NCBI GenBank assembly: GCA_035502185.1 | Contig: DATJUT010000101.1 | Span: forward strand, 24,300-88,299 | Source: Gemmatimonadales bacterium | Lineage (GTDB): Bacteria; Gemmatimonadota; Gemmatimonadetes; Gemmatimonadales; JACORV01 | Length of the DNA: 64,000 nucleotides | Direction: 5' to 3' | Shown: one piece after another, positions 30,320-38,791 of the stretch | How the letters are laid out: each line of letters begins with the position of its first letter | Numbering within the stretch: position 1 is the stretch's first letter | Notes under the pieces: generated by a model | The model's input: the letters and a program-made list of their open reading frames with translations, nothing else | Database searches by the model: none | Told to the model about the DNA's origin: nothing | Position numbers and translations under genes: made by a program

Positions 30320-30841
30320 ATGAGAGCGACGGCGTGGCTGATCTTCCTTGCCGCGGCAGCGACACCGCTGGCGGCGCAGCAGCATCCGGCTCCCCACCCC
30401 ATGGCGTCGGGCGGGATGATGCGCGATGACATGATGCGAGGCATGGACTCGATGATGGCGCCGGTGATGCGCGTGATGGCGTACGCGCCCGAGCACCTGT
30501 TGAAGCAGAAGACCGCGCTGCACCTGACGGCCGACGAGGTGACGCTGCTCACCAGCCTGGGCGACTCGGCGAAGGCGGCGCACGACGCCGCGGCGGGCCA
30601 GGCGCGGATGCACCTCGGGGAGATGGAGCAGGTGATGCACACGGCGGCCCCCGACACGGCCGCGGTCAAGGCGCACTTCGACGCCGCGCACCGCCTCATG
30701 GGGGACGCGATGTGGGCGATGCTGCGCGCGGCGGCGCAGGCGCGGGCGCTGCTGACCGACGCGCAGCGGAGCCAGGTGGACGCGATGGCGAAGGCGCCGA
30801 TGCGGCACGGCATGGCCCATCACGACTCGGCGGGCCACTAG
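30320..30841 (+). CDS. Periplasmic Met/His-rich Spy/CpxP/ZraP-like protein (LTxxQ family)
   Basis: Signal peptide ending AAQQ. Met-rich run GGMMRDDMMRGMDSMMAPVMRVM. LTDAQR (LTxxQ) motif. His-rich C-terminus MRHGMAHHDSAGH. Confidence 0.6.
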   Translation: MRATAWLIFLAAAATPLAAQQHPAPHPMASGGMMRDDMMRGMDSMMAPVMRVMAYAPEHLLKQKTALHLTADEVTLLTSLGDSAKAAHDAAAGQARMHLGEMEQVMHTAAPDTAAVKAHFDAAHRLMGDAMWAMLRAAAQARALLTDAQRSQVDAMAKAPMRHGMAHHDSAGH

Positions 30842-30842
30842 C

Positions 30843-31529
30843 CTAGCGCAGCACCTCGCTGAAGAAGCGGTGGAGGATGCCGCGGCCGGTCCGTTCGACG
30901 GCCGCGCGCCGTTTCTCGTCGATCGCGAACGCGCGCGGGCGCGCCGCCGCCCAGTCGCGCGCCAGACCGGCGTCGAGCTCGACGTGGAACTGCAGCGCGT
31001 AGGTCCGGGTGCCGACGCGGAACGCCTGGTGGGGATAGGCGGCGCTGGTGGCGAGGTGCGCGGCGTCCGGCGGCAGGTCGAAGGTGTCGCCGTGCCAGTG
31101 GAAGGCCTGGAACGCGGGCCCCGACGGCCCGAGCACCGGGTCGCGCTTGCCCTCCGGGGTGAGCCGGACCTCCCCGACGCCGATCTCGGGCGCCGCGCCC
31201 GGGTACACCCGCGCGCCGAGCGCGGCCGCGACGAGCTGCGCGCCGAGACACACGCCGAGGACGGGCAGGCCCCGTGCGCAGGCTTCGGCGAGCAGGCGCT
31301 GCTCGTCGGCCAGGTGCGGGTGGGCCTGGTCCTGGTAGACGCCCATGGGACCGCCGAGCACCACGACGCCGTCCAGGTCCCGCGCCGACGGCAGGCGCTC
31401 TCCGAGGTCGAGCCGCCGGACGTCCAGCGACACGTCGTGCACGGGGGCCACGGCCGCGATGAGACCCGGGCCCTCGGCGGCCACGTGCTGGATGACGGTG
31501 AAGCGGCGCGCCGGGCTCACGCCAGGCAA
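30843..31529 (-). CDS. Class I glutamine amidotransferase-like protein
   Basis: GATase1 nucleophile elbow GVCLGAQL and a downstream His/Glu region (QFHVE). 228 aa. Confidence 0.85.
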   Translation of the reverse strand: MPGVSPARRFTVIQHVAAEGPGLIAAVAPVHDVSLDVRRLDLGERLPSARDLDGVVVLGGPMGVYQDQAHPHLADEQRLLAEACARGLPVLGVCLGAQLVAAALGARVYPGAAPEIGVGEVRLTPEGKRDPVLGPSGPAFQAFHWHGDTFDLPPDAAHLATSAAYPHQAFRVGTRTYALQFHVELDAGLARDWAAARPRAFAIDEKRRAAVERTGRGILHRFFSEVLR

Positions 31530-31613
31530 GCTCGGCCGCGCCGGGGGAATGTCAAGCCGCCCACCTTGCGGCCCGGCTCGGCCCCCGCAAGGTTAGCGTC
31601 GGGAAGTCCGGGA

Positions 31614-32477
31614 GTGCCCGTGCCTCGCGACCTGCTGCCCGTGGTGCAAAGCGCGCTGGGCGATCGTTACGCGGTGGAGCGCGAGATCGCCCGCGGCGGC
31701 GCCGCGCGCATCTTCCTGGCGCGCGATCGGTCCGGCACGCCGGTCGCCCTGAAGGTCCTGCACCCCGAGCTGGCGGTCTCGCTGACGGCCGAGCGCTTCC
31801 TCCGGGAGATCAGCCTGCTCTCGCGCATCGAGCACCCGCGCATCTGCCGGCTCCTGGACTACGGCGAGCGGGATTGGCTGGTGTACTTCGTCATGTCCTA
31901 CGTCGAGGGCCCGACCCTCCGGCAGTACCTCGAGCGGGTGCGGCGGGCCCCGATCGAGGACACGCTCCGCGGCACCTCGGACGTGCTCGAGGCGCTCGCG
32001 TACGCGCACGGCCTCGGCGTGGTGCACCGCGACGTCAAGCCCGAGAACATCAAGCTGTCGCCGGCCGGCGCGGTGCTGATGGACTTCGGGATCGCCAAGG
32101 CGGTGGCCGCGTCGGCCGTGGGCAGCGCCCGGCTCACCCGCTCCGGGTTCACGGTCGGCACGTCGGCGTACATGAGTCCCGAGCAGGTCGCGGGGCAGCA
32201 GACGATCGATCATCGCAGCGACCTGTATTCGGTGGGGTGCGTGATCTACGAGTGCCTGACCGGCGCGCCCCCCTTCGAGCACTCCGACGACCGTCTGGTG
32301 CTCGGGATGCACATGCGCAGTGCGATCCCCGACGCCCGCAAGCGCCGCGCCGACACCCCGCCCAAGCTCGCGAAGCTCGTCACCCGGGCGCTGGCGAAGA
32401 ACCCCGGGGACCGGTGGCAGACGGCGGCCGAGATGGCGGCCGCGCTGCGCGAGTGCGCCGGCCAGCCGCCCGCCTGA
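31614..32477 (+). CDS. Serine/threonine protein kinase (kinase domain only)
   Basis: GTG 31614. VALK, HRDVKPENI, DFG and SPEQ motifs. No extra sensor domain. Confidence 0.88.
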   Translation: MPVPRDLLPVVQSALGDRYAVEREIARGGAARIFLARDRSGTPVALKVLHPELAVSLTAERFLREISLLSRIEHPRICRLLDYGERDWLVYFVMSYVEGPTLRQYLERVRRAPIEDTLRGTSDVLEALAYAHGLGVVHRDVKPENIKLSPAGAVLMDFGIAKAVAASAVGSARLTRSGFTVGTSAYMSPEQVAGQQTIDHRSDLYSVGCVIYECLTGAPPFEHSDDRLVLGMHMRSAIPDARKRRADTPPKLAKLVTRALAKNPGDRWQTAAEMAAALRECAGQPPA

Positions 32478-32542
32478 GCGGCGCTTCCACGCGGCAGGTC
32501 CGGGTCGTTAGCTTGCGGGCGTTCCCGCCCGCGAGGACCGAG

Positions 32543-32950
32543 TTGCTGCTGACGCTCTGCAAGGCGAAGCTGCACCGCGCCACCGTGACCGAAGCCAACC
32601 TCCACTACGTCGGCAGCATCACGATCGACGTGGCGCTTATGGAGGCGGCCGGCATCGTGCCGTTCGAGCGGGTACAGGTGGTGGACGTGGCGAACGGCGC
32701 GCGGTTCGAGACGTACGTGGTCGAGGGAGGCCGCCGTTCCGGGACCGTGTGCCTGAACGGCGCGGCCGCCCGCCTGGTGCACGTGGGCGACCCCGTGATC
32801 ATCATCGCGTACGCGCAGATGACGCCCGAGGAGGCGCGGGCGCATCGGCCGACCATCGTGCTGCTGAAGCCCGACAACACGGTGCTGGAGACGCTGCGGC
32901 CCGAGCGCGGCTCCGAGCTGGCGGAGCGGTCGGACGCACTGGACGCCTGA
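32543..32950 (+). CDS. panD: Aspartate 1-decarboxylase
   Basis: The TTG start gives (M)LLTLCKAKLHRATVTEANLHYVGSITID, with the self-cleavage Gly-Ser site. About 135 aa. Confidence 0.9.
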   Translation: MLLTLCKAKLHRATVTEANLHYVGSITIDVALMEAAGIVPFERVQVVDVANGARFETYVVEGGRRSGTVCLNGAAARLVHVGDPVIIIAYAQMTPEEARAHRPTIVLLKPDNTVLETLRPERGSELAERSDALDA

Positions 32951-32957
32951 GGGCGGA

Positions 32958-33374
32958 GTGGGAGGTCGGATGGCGAACAGCAAGCTGCCGTGGCTCGTGG
33001 CCGGCGTCGCGGTCGTCGCGACGGCGGCGATCCTGGTGGCGACCCGGGGCGCGGGCGGAGGGCATCATCCGACGCCGCGCCCGGGCATCACCGGCGCGAG
33101 GGTGCTGCCGGCCTCGACGTTCGGCGAGGACGAGCGCCTGGTGCGGGCCTACGAGGCGGCGCGGGCGATGCCCGAGCTGTTCGACGGCCTGTACTGCTAC
33201 TGCCACTGCAAGGAAGACATGGGCCACGTCTCGCTGCTGACGTGCTACGAGTCCGAGCACGCGGCGTCGTGCGACATCTGCCTGGGCGAGGCGGCGATCG
33301 CGGTTCAGATGCACGCGGCCGGCGCGTCGCTGGAGGAGATCCGGCGCGCGATCGACGCGCGCTACAAGACCTAG
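32958..33374 (+). CDS. Membrane-anchored CYCxC-motif (PCYCGC-like) protein
   Basis: N-terminal TM helix. The motif LYCYCHC is followed by LLTCYESEHAASCDIC. Confidence 0.55.
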   Translation: MGGRMANSKLPWLVAGVAVVATAAILVATRGAGGGHHPTPRPGITGARVLPASTFGEDERLVRAYEAARAMPELFDGLYCYCHCKEDMGHVSLLTCYESEHAASCDICLGEAAIAVQMHAAGASLEEIRRAIDARYKT

Positions 33375-34039
33375 CGGCCCGCGGTGAAGGTCGGGGTCCG
33401 CGCCTCCAGGCGGCGGTGCGGCAGCCCCGACAGGCGGATCAGGAGGCGGCGCGCCCCGACGGCCAGCGCGCCCCCCAGCCCGCCGCGGCTGGAGATGGCC
33501 GGCCCGACGTCGCCCCGCAGCCACCGCTCGACCTCGTCGAGATCCGATTGCGACAGCGACGTGATGTCGAGGGTCGCGAGGTAGTAGTAGCGGGTCTGGG
33601 GCCCCGCGGCCGGGGGCACCATCTCGACGGTGAACGCCTTCGCCATGGCCCGGCTCACCACATCCATGGCCGTGAAATGCGCCACGTCGCCGCCGGTGCG
33701 GATCAGGTCGAACTCCCCGGACAGCGGATCGAGGCGGACGACCGCGTCCCACTCGACTTCGCCCTGCAGGTGGTCGAGCAGCGGCGCCTGTCTCCACAGC
33801 TCCAGACGGAAGTGGAACCGGACCGAGAACCCGTTCCGCAGGGCCCCATCGAAGACGCCGTCTTCGAGGAGGCGCTCGGCGCGGACGACCGGGGGCAGCA
33901 GTTGCGCCTCCGAGTCGCGCGACAGCGTGATGGTGAGGTGCGGCGGGACGGGGGGGGCGCGCTCGCGGACTTCCTGGGCGCGGACCGCGGTGCCGGCGCT
34001 CACGATCAGCGCGAGCAGGAGCCCCGCGGCCCGGTTCAC
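33371..34039 (-). CDS. Periplasmic protein, DUF4390-like
   Basis: Signal peptide. Overall pattern (ALRNGFSVRFHFRLELWR...YYYLATLD) is recalled as DUF4390-like. Family assignment is from memory only. Confidence 0.45.
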   Translation of the reverse strand: MNRAAGLLLALIVSAGTAVRAQEVRERAPPVPPHLTITLSRDSEAQLLPPVVRAERLLEDGVFDGALRNGFSVRFHFRLELWRQAPLLDHLQGEVEWDAVVRLDPLSGEFDLIRTGGDVAHFTAMDVVSRAMAKAFTVEMVPPAAGPQTRYYYLATLDITSLSQSDLDEVERWLRGDVGPAISSRGGLGGALAVGARRLLIRLSGLPHRRLEARTPTFTAGR

Positions 34040-34043
34040 CCTC

Positions 34044-35819
34044 CTAGAAGCGCCGGCCCATCCGCACGGTGAAGGTCACCGCGCGGTTGGCTTGGTCGAG
34101 CGGCTTGGCCAGGTAGAAGCCGAGCGGGCCGAAGTCCAGCCCGAGGCCGATGTCGGTCCGGAGCGAGCTCAGCGAAGGCAGCTTGTCGGCGGGAATCTGG
34201 TCCGGCCCCACGTTCCCGTCGCGGGCGACCGACCACGCCCGGCCCGCGTCGGCGAACACCACGAGGTCGGGTCCGCTGACGTGGAAGGGCTCGTAGTGCT
34301 CGTCGCGGGCGTCGCCCCAGTCGCTCGCCCACTTCGGCCCGAAGTCGAAGCCGAGGTGGGTCCGGAACTCCGCCTGGGCCACGATCGCCCGGTCGCACAG
34401 CGCCGGGTCGCCCAGTACGCCGGTGCCGCCGCACGAGAACTGGCGCCAGCCGTAGCCCGGCAGCGGATCGGGGTAGCCCAGCGACAGACGCCGCTGGAGC
34501 GGCAACGGCTCGCCGCCCAGCCAGCCGCCCCCGGCCAGGCGCAGGTCGAGCCGGCCGGTCGGCGAGAGGCGCAGGTAGCGGCGCGCGTCGAACGCCATCC
34601 GCTCGAAGCCCAGGTTGCCGTCGGCGAGGGCCGGATCGACGCACGGGACGGTGATGCAGGCCCGCGGGCCCAGGCTCCCGGTGACGTCGCCGCCGTGGCT
34701 CAGCTCGTACTCGCCGGTGACGAACCAGCCGGCGCTCGGCGAGCCCGCGTCGTTGCGGGTGTCGAGGCGGAACGACGTGATCAGCGAGCGGTACTTGCCG
34801 TCGGTGACGGCGGGATTGACGCGCCAGGGCTCGTCGCTCCGGAACAGCGTCCAGGGCGTCCGCGCCTCGAGCGACGACTCGCGCTCGTCGCGCCCTTCGG
34901 CCGTGACCGACAGCTGTGGCGAGAGCCGCAGCGTCGCGTACAGGCTCCCGCCGTGGCGCCGGTAGTAGTCGCGGTAGTCGCGGTGGAACAGGAAGGACGC
35001 CCAGCCGACCTCGAAGTCCTTGAGCGGCCAGGCCTCGACCGGCGCGACCGCGTCGAAGCCCCGTACGCCCAGGCCCAGGTTGCGGGCCGCGCCGCCCAGC
35101 ACGAACTCCGCCCGCGCGTTGTACCCGATGTCGTCGCCGTCGAGGGAAATGTCGCTGGTGCGGACGATCGCTGTCGCGTCGGCCTGGAACCGCACGCGGT
35201 CGGCGACCCGCAGGTCGGCGCGCGGGCCGAACAGGATGGGCAACCCCTCGATGCGGTTGTACGTCCCCGCGAGCGCCAGGAGGATCCCGGTGTTGTTGGC
35301 CTGGTCCTGGCCCCAGTCGTACTGCTGGATCCAGCGCGGCGGCTGGAACGCCCGCTCCGGCGCGTACACCAGTTGGTCGCCCTGCCGGTGGTAGCGCAGG
35401 GGGTCGCGGTACCAGCGGACCTCGCCCTGGATGCTCGCCTGGTCCGCGCCCTGGACGACGCCGCCGACCACCAGCACCGTGCCGCCGACCGTGGCGCCCG
35501 GCTCGAAGATCACGTCGCCGTTCACCACCACCAGCGCGCCGCTGATGCGGCCGCCGACCACCACCGGTCCGCCGAGGACCGCGAGGTCGCCGTCGATGCC
35601 CCGCGCCGCGGGGATGCGCGTCGAGCCGGTGAGGCGGATCGTGCTGTCGGCGTTGAACAGCCCGATGACTTCCTCGGCGACGTCGCGCGGCAGCTCCCGC
35701 GGCGAGAGTCGCGCGGCCGCCCCGGGCTGCGCCGGCCGGATCCTGATGGTGCTGTCCTGGCCACGCGCCGGTGCCGCCGCCACGAGGGCCAGCAGTGCTG
35801 CCAGTGCCGCCTTGCTCAT
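34044..35819 (-). CDS. Omp85/surface-antigen-type outer-membrane barrel with N-terminal bactofilin-like beta-helix repeats
   Basis: Signal peptide ...APARGQD. Gly/Val-rich repeats GDLAVLGGPVVVGGRISGALVVVNGDVIFEPGATVGGTVLVVGG. C-terminal barrel ending TFTVRMGRRF. Confidence 0.7.
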   Translation of the reverse strand: MSKAALAALLALVAAAPARGQDSTIRIRPAQPGAAARLSPRELPRDVAEEVIGLFNADSTIRLTGSTRIPAARGIDGDLAVLGGPVVVGGRISGALVVVNGDVIFEPGATVGGTVLVVGGVVQGADQASIQGEVRWYRDPLRYHRQGDQLVYAPERAFQPPRWIQQYDWGQDQANNTGILLALAGTYNRIEGLPILFGPRADLRVADRVRFQADATAIVRTSDISLDGDDIGYNARAEFVLGGAARNLGLGVRGFDAVAPVEAWPLKDFEVGWASFLFHRDYRDYYRRHGGSLYATLRLSPQLSVTAEGRDERESSLEARTPWTLFRSDEPWRVNPAVTDGKYRSLITSFRLDTRNDAGSPSAGWFVTGEYELSHGGDVTGSLGPRACITVPCVDPALADGNLGFERMAFDARRYLRLSPTGRLDLRLAGGGWLGGEPLPLQRRLSLGYPDPLPGYGWRQFSCGGTGVLGDPALCDRAIVAQAEFRTHLGFDFGPKWASDWGDARDEHYEPFHVSGPDLVVFADAGRAWSVARDGNVGPDQIPADKLPSLSSLRTDIGLGLDFGPLGFYLAKPLDQANRAVTFTVRMGRRF

Positions 35820-35854
35820 GCCACGCTCCTGCAGGAGTGCCGCGCCGCATCAAG

Positions 35855-35869
35855 GCACGGCCCATGCCG
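35855..35869 (-). promoter_or_regulatory. Candidate sigma-54 (-24/-12) promoter CGGCATGGGCCGTGC
   Basis: The minus strand reads GCGGCATGGGCCGTGCCTT. The -12 GC lies about 36 nt upstream of ATG 35819, with a GGAG Shine-Dalgarno sequence between them. Directly downstream of a sigma-54 activator gene. Confidence 0.5.
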
Positions 35870-35964
35870 CAGTCCGGCCCACCTCAAGTCAAATGAATCC
35901 CACCACTTGGCGTCCCGCAACCGGCTGCCCGCTCGTGCGGCTGTCTCCTCGCGGTCCACCGGCC

Positions 35965-35981
35965 CGTGTCGTTCCGACACG
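35965..35981. promoter_or_regulatory. Palindrome CGTGTCG-TTC-CGACACG, candidate enhancer-binding-protein site (or weak terminator)
   Basis: Perfect 7-bp inverted repeat about 100 bp upstream of the sigma-54 box at 35855..35869. Confidence 0.3.
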
Positions 35982-37358
35982 TCAGGACGATGGCTCGATG
36001 CCGAGCCGCTTCATCCTTCTATAGAGGTTGGCCCGGTCGGTCGAGAGGGTGCGCGCGGCCTCGGCCACGCTGCCGCCCGCGGCCGAGAGCGCCCGCGTGA
36101 TGAGGACGCGCTCGAACCGGTCGAGCTCGTCGCTCAGGGGCAGCGTCATGGCGGCCGGATGCGGGAGCGGCTCCTCCCGGCCGTCGCCGGCGGGCAGCGC
36201 GGCTGCGACGTCGGCCTCGCCGATCGTGCTGCGCGAGGAGAGGATGATCAACCGCTCGACGATGTTGGCCAGCTCGCGCACGTTGCCCGGCCACGGATGC
36301 CGCACCAGCCGGTCCATCGCGTCGGCGGTCACGGTGACGGCGGGCCGGCCGATGCGCCGGGTCACCAGGCCGGCGAAGTGCGCCACCAGCTCGGGGATGT
36401 CGCCGGGCCGCTCGCGCAGCGGGGCGATGACGATCGGAAAGACGTTGAGCCGGTACAGCAGGTCCTCGCGGAAGGGGCCGTCCCGGGTGGCGCGCTCCAG
36501 GTCCTTGTTGGTGGCCGACACCACCCGCACGTCGACCGGGATCGGCCGGTCGCCGCCGACCCGCTCGACCTCTCCGCCCTCGAGCGCGCGGAGCAGCTTG
36601 GCCTGCGCCTCGGGCGAGAGGTCGCCCACCTCGTCGAGGAACAGGGTGCCGCCGTCCGCCTGCTCGAAGCGGCCGAGGCGCCGCTCGGTCGCCCCGGTGA
36701 ACGAGCCGCGCTCGTGGCCGAACATCTCCGATTCCACCAGCTCGCGCGGGATGGCGGCGCAGTTCACGCGGACGAACGGCGCGTCGGCGCGGGCGCTCGC
36801 CGCGTGGATGGCGCCGGCCACCAGCTCCTTGCCGGTGCCCGATTCGCCGGAGACCAGCACCCGGGCCTCGGTGGGGGCGACGCGGGCGATGAGCGAGCGG
36901 AGCTCGGTCATCTGCGGACTCGAGCCCACCAGCGTGGCCGTCGGGCCGAGGGCCTCGCGCAGCGCCATGGCTTCGGCGCGGGCGCGGGCCAGCTCGAGGG
37001 CCGAGTGGAGCGTCAGCAGCACCGCCTCGGGGGCGAGCGGCTTCTCCAGGAAGTGGTAGGCGCCGAGCTTGGTGGCGCGCACGGCGTCGGCGAGCCCCGC
37101 GCGTCCGCTCATCATGATCACGGGGACGCCCGGCACCTCGGCGCCGAGGCGCTCGAGCGTCTCCAGGCCGTCGGGGCCGCCGGGCATGGAAAGGTCGAGG
37201 AACACGGCGTCGGGGCGCCGGCGCTGCGCGGCGGCGACCGCATCCGTGCCCGAGGCGGCCTCGGCGGTGCGGTAGCCGTCCGAGGCGAGGACCGCGCACA
37301 GCATCCGCCGGAGGTTCGCCTCGTCGTCCACCACGAGCACCACGGGGTGCCGGGTCAC
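35982..37358 (-). CDS. Sigma-54-dependent response regulator (NtrC/NtrX-like)
   Basis: GTG 37358 (GTGA overlap with the kinase stop). Receiver VLVVDDE...DLSMPG. AAA+ domain with GESGTGKE, ESEMFGH and GSFTGA. C-terminal HTH. Confidence 0.92.
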   Translation of the reverse strand: MTRHPVVLVVDDEANLRRMLCAVLASDGYRTAEAASGTDAVAAAQRRRPDAVFLDLSMPGGPDGLETLERLGAEVPGVPVIMMSGRAGLADAVRATKLGAYHFLEKPLAPEAVLLTLHSALELARARAEAMALREALGPTATLVGSSPQMTELRSLIARVAPTEARVLVSGESGTGKELVAGAIHAASARADAPFVRVNCAAIPRELVESEMFGHERGSFTGATERRLGRFEQADGGTLFLDEVGDLSPEAQAKLLRALEGGEVERVGGDRPIPVDVRVVSATNKDLERATRDGPFREDLLYRLNVFPIVIAPLRERPGDIPELVAHFAGLVTRRIGRPAVTVTADAMDRLVRHPWPGNVRELANIVERLIILSSRSTIGEADVAAALPAGDGREEPLPHPAAMTLPLSDELDRFERVLITRALSAAGGSVAEAARTLSTDRANLYRRMKRLGIEPSS

Positions 37359-38590
37359 GCGCGCGCCACCGGCAGCGTGACGGTGAACGTGGTGCCGCGG
37401 CCGGGCTCGCTCGTGACGCCGATCGAGCCGCCGTGATCGTGGATCGTCTGCCGCACCAGCGCGAGCCCCAGGCCGGTGCCCTTCGCCTTGGTGGTGAAGT
37501 AGGGCTCGAAGATCCGTTCCAGCCGCTCCGCGGGGATCCCGACGCCGTTGTCGCGCACGGCGATCTCGACGGCCGGGGCCGCACCGTTGGGCGCCGCGCG
37601 CAGCGCGACCGTGATCTCGCCGCCTCGCGGCGGCGCCTTCCCGGGCCCGGCGGGCGCGGCATCGCGGCAGGCGTCGCAGGCGTTGAGGACGAGGTTGTGC
37701 AGCGCGCGGCGCAGCGGCTCGTAGTGGGCGCTCACCAGTGGCAGGTCCGGCGCGCTCTCCACCCGGACGGCGATCTCGGGGGGCACGGTCCCCTTCACCA
37801 GGGTCTCCACCAGCTCGACGAGGTCCACGGGCGCCGGCGGGCCCTCCGGGAGCCGGCCCAGCGTGGCGAAGTCGCGCGCCATCTGCTCGATGCGCTCGCT
37901 CTCGCCCTCCACGATCTCGAGCAGCTCCCGCTGGTCCGGTCGCGCGTCCTGGGCGAGGCGCGAGGTGGCGAAGCGGAGCGGCGTCAGCGGGTTCTTCAGC
38001 TCGTGGGCCACCTGGCGCGCCAGGTCGCGGAAGGCCCGGAGCTGGGCCGCCTCCACCTCGCGCGCCCGGGCGGCGGCGAGGTCCGTCGCCATCGCGCGGA
38101 AGGCATTGCGCAGCACGTCGAATTCGGGAGCGCCCTTGGCCGGGGGGGCGACCGGGAGCGGCTCGCCGCGCGTCAGGCGTCCCGTCCAGGCGATCAGCTC
38201 GTCGATGGGGCGGGACAGCTGCCGCGACAGGTGGCCGGCGAGACGGACGGTGCCGAGCGCCACCAGGGCGGCGAGGGCGGCGGCGAAGCCGGCGAGCGCG
38301 CGCGCGAACGTGTCCCGAACGGTCTGGCTCCGCCGCGCGAGGGTCAGCGAGTTGCTCAGGTCGTCGGCATGGTGGCGCAGAGCGGCGCGGGCGGCAGGCG
38401 TGAGCGGCTGGCGGGCCAGCGCGCGCTGGGCCTCGAGCCAGGTGCTCGCGGCGCGGTCCCAGGCGGCGACGCCGCCGACCGGCGCCGCGATCCGCGGCGC
38501 CAGCAGCGAGACGGCCACGCCGACCCCGGCGGGGATCGCCGCGACCGCGACGAGCCACGCGAAGAGGCTGCGACGGAAGGCGAGGGCCAC
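37355..38590 (-). CDS. Membrane sensor histidine kinase with HAMP domain (NtrY-like)
   Basis: Two TM segments and a HAMP-like linker. H-box AHELKNPLTPL. N/G boxes NLVLNA, DNGVGI, GTGLGL. Confidence 0.88.
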   Translation of the reverse strand: MALAFRRSLFAWLVAVAAIPAGVGVAVSLLAPRIAAPVGGVAAWDRAASTWLEAQRALARQPLTPAARAALRHHADDLSNSLTLARRSQTVRDTFARALAGFAAALAALVALGTVRLAGHLSRQLSRPIDELIAWTGRLTRGEPLPVAPPAKGAPEFDVLRNAFRAMATDLAAARAREVEAAQLRAFRDLARQVAHELKNPLTPLRFATSRLAQDARPDQRELLEIVEGESERIEQMARDFATLGRLPEGPPAPVDLVELVETLVKGTVPPEIAVRVESAPDLPLVSAHYEPLRRALHNLVLNACDACRDAAPAGPGKAPPRGGEITVALRAAPNGAAPAVEIAVRDNGVGIPAERLERIFEPYFTTKAKGTGLGLALVRQTIHDHGGSIGVTSEPGRGTTFTVTLPVARA

Positions 38591-38650
38591 GCGCCAAAGG
38601 TGGGGCTGCGCACCGTCAGTCTCAAGAGTGGAGTAAATGACGGTGGGCAG

Positions 38651-38791
38651 AACAGTTGCGAGACGCCGAGTTGCGAGTGGTCGTGAGTGGGCAGCTGGGA
38701 GGGGCGAGACCAGTTGTCAGGTACTGCCCACTGGCCTGCAGTCCGTTCACTCAGGACTCGTAACCACCCGCAACCCGGCGTCTCGCAACTG
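38651..38791. repeat. Hairpin element (copy 2), diverged and inverted relative to 23526..23669
   Basis: The arm ACAGTTGCGAGACGCCGAGTTGCGAGTGGT pairs with 38762..38791 at 28 of 30 positions. The core matches copy 1 in reverse complement (CAGTAC(C)TGACAACTGG.CT.GCCCCTC). Confidence 0.8.

Noticed and set aside
33630-37436. 1268-aa plus-strand ORF
   Set aside because: It is a shadow frame spanning three real minus-strand genes (the DUF4390-like gene, the Omp85-like gene and the sigma-54 regulator), with a low-complexity composition.
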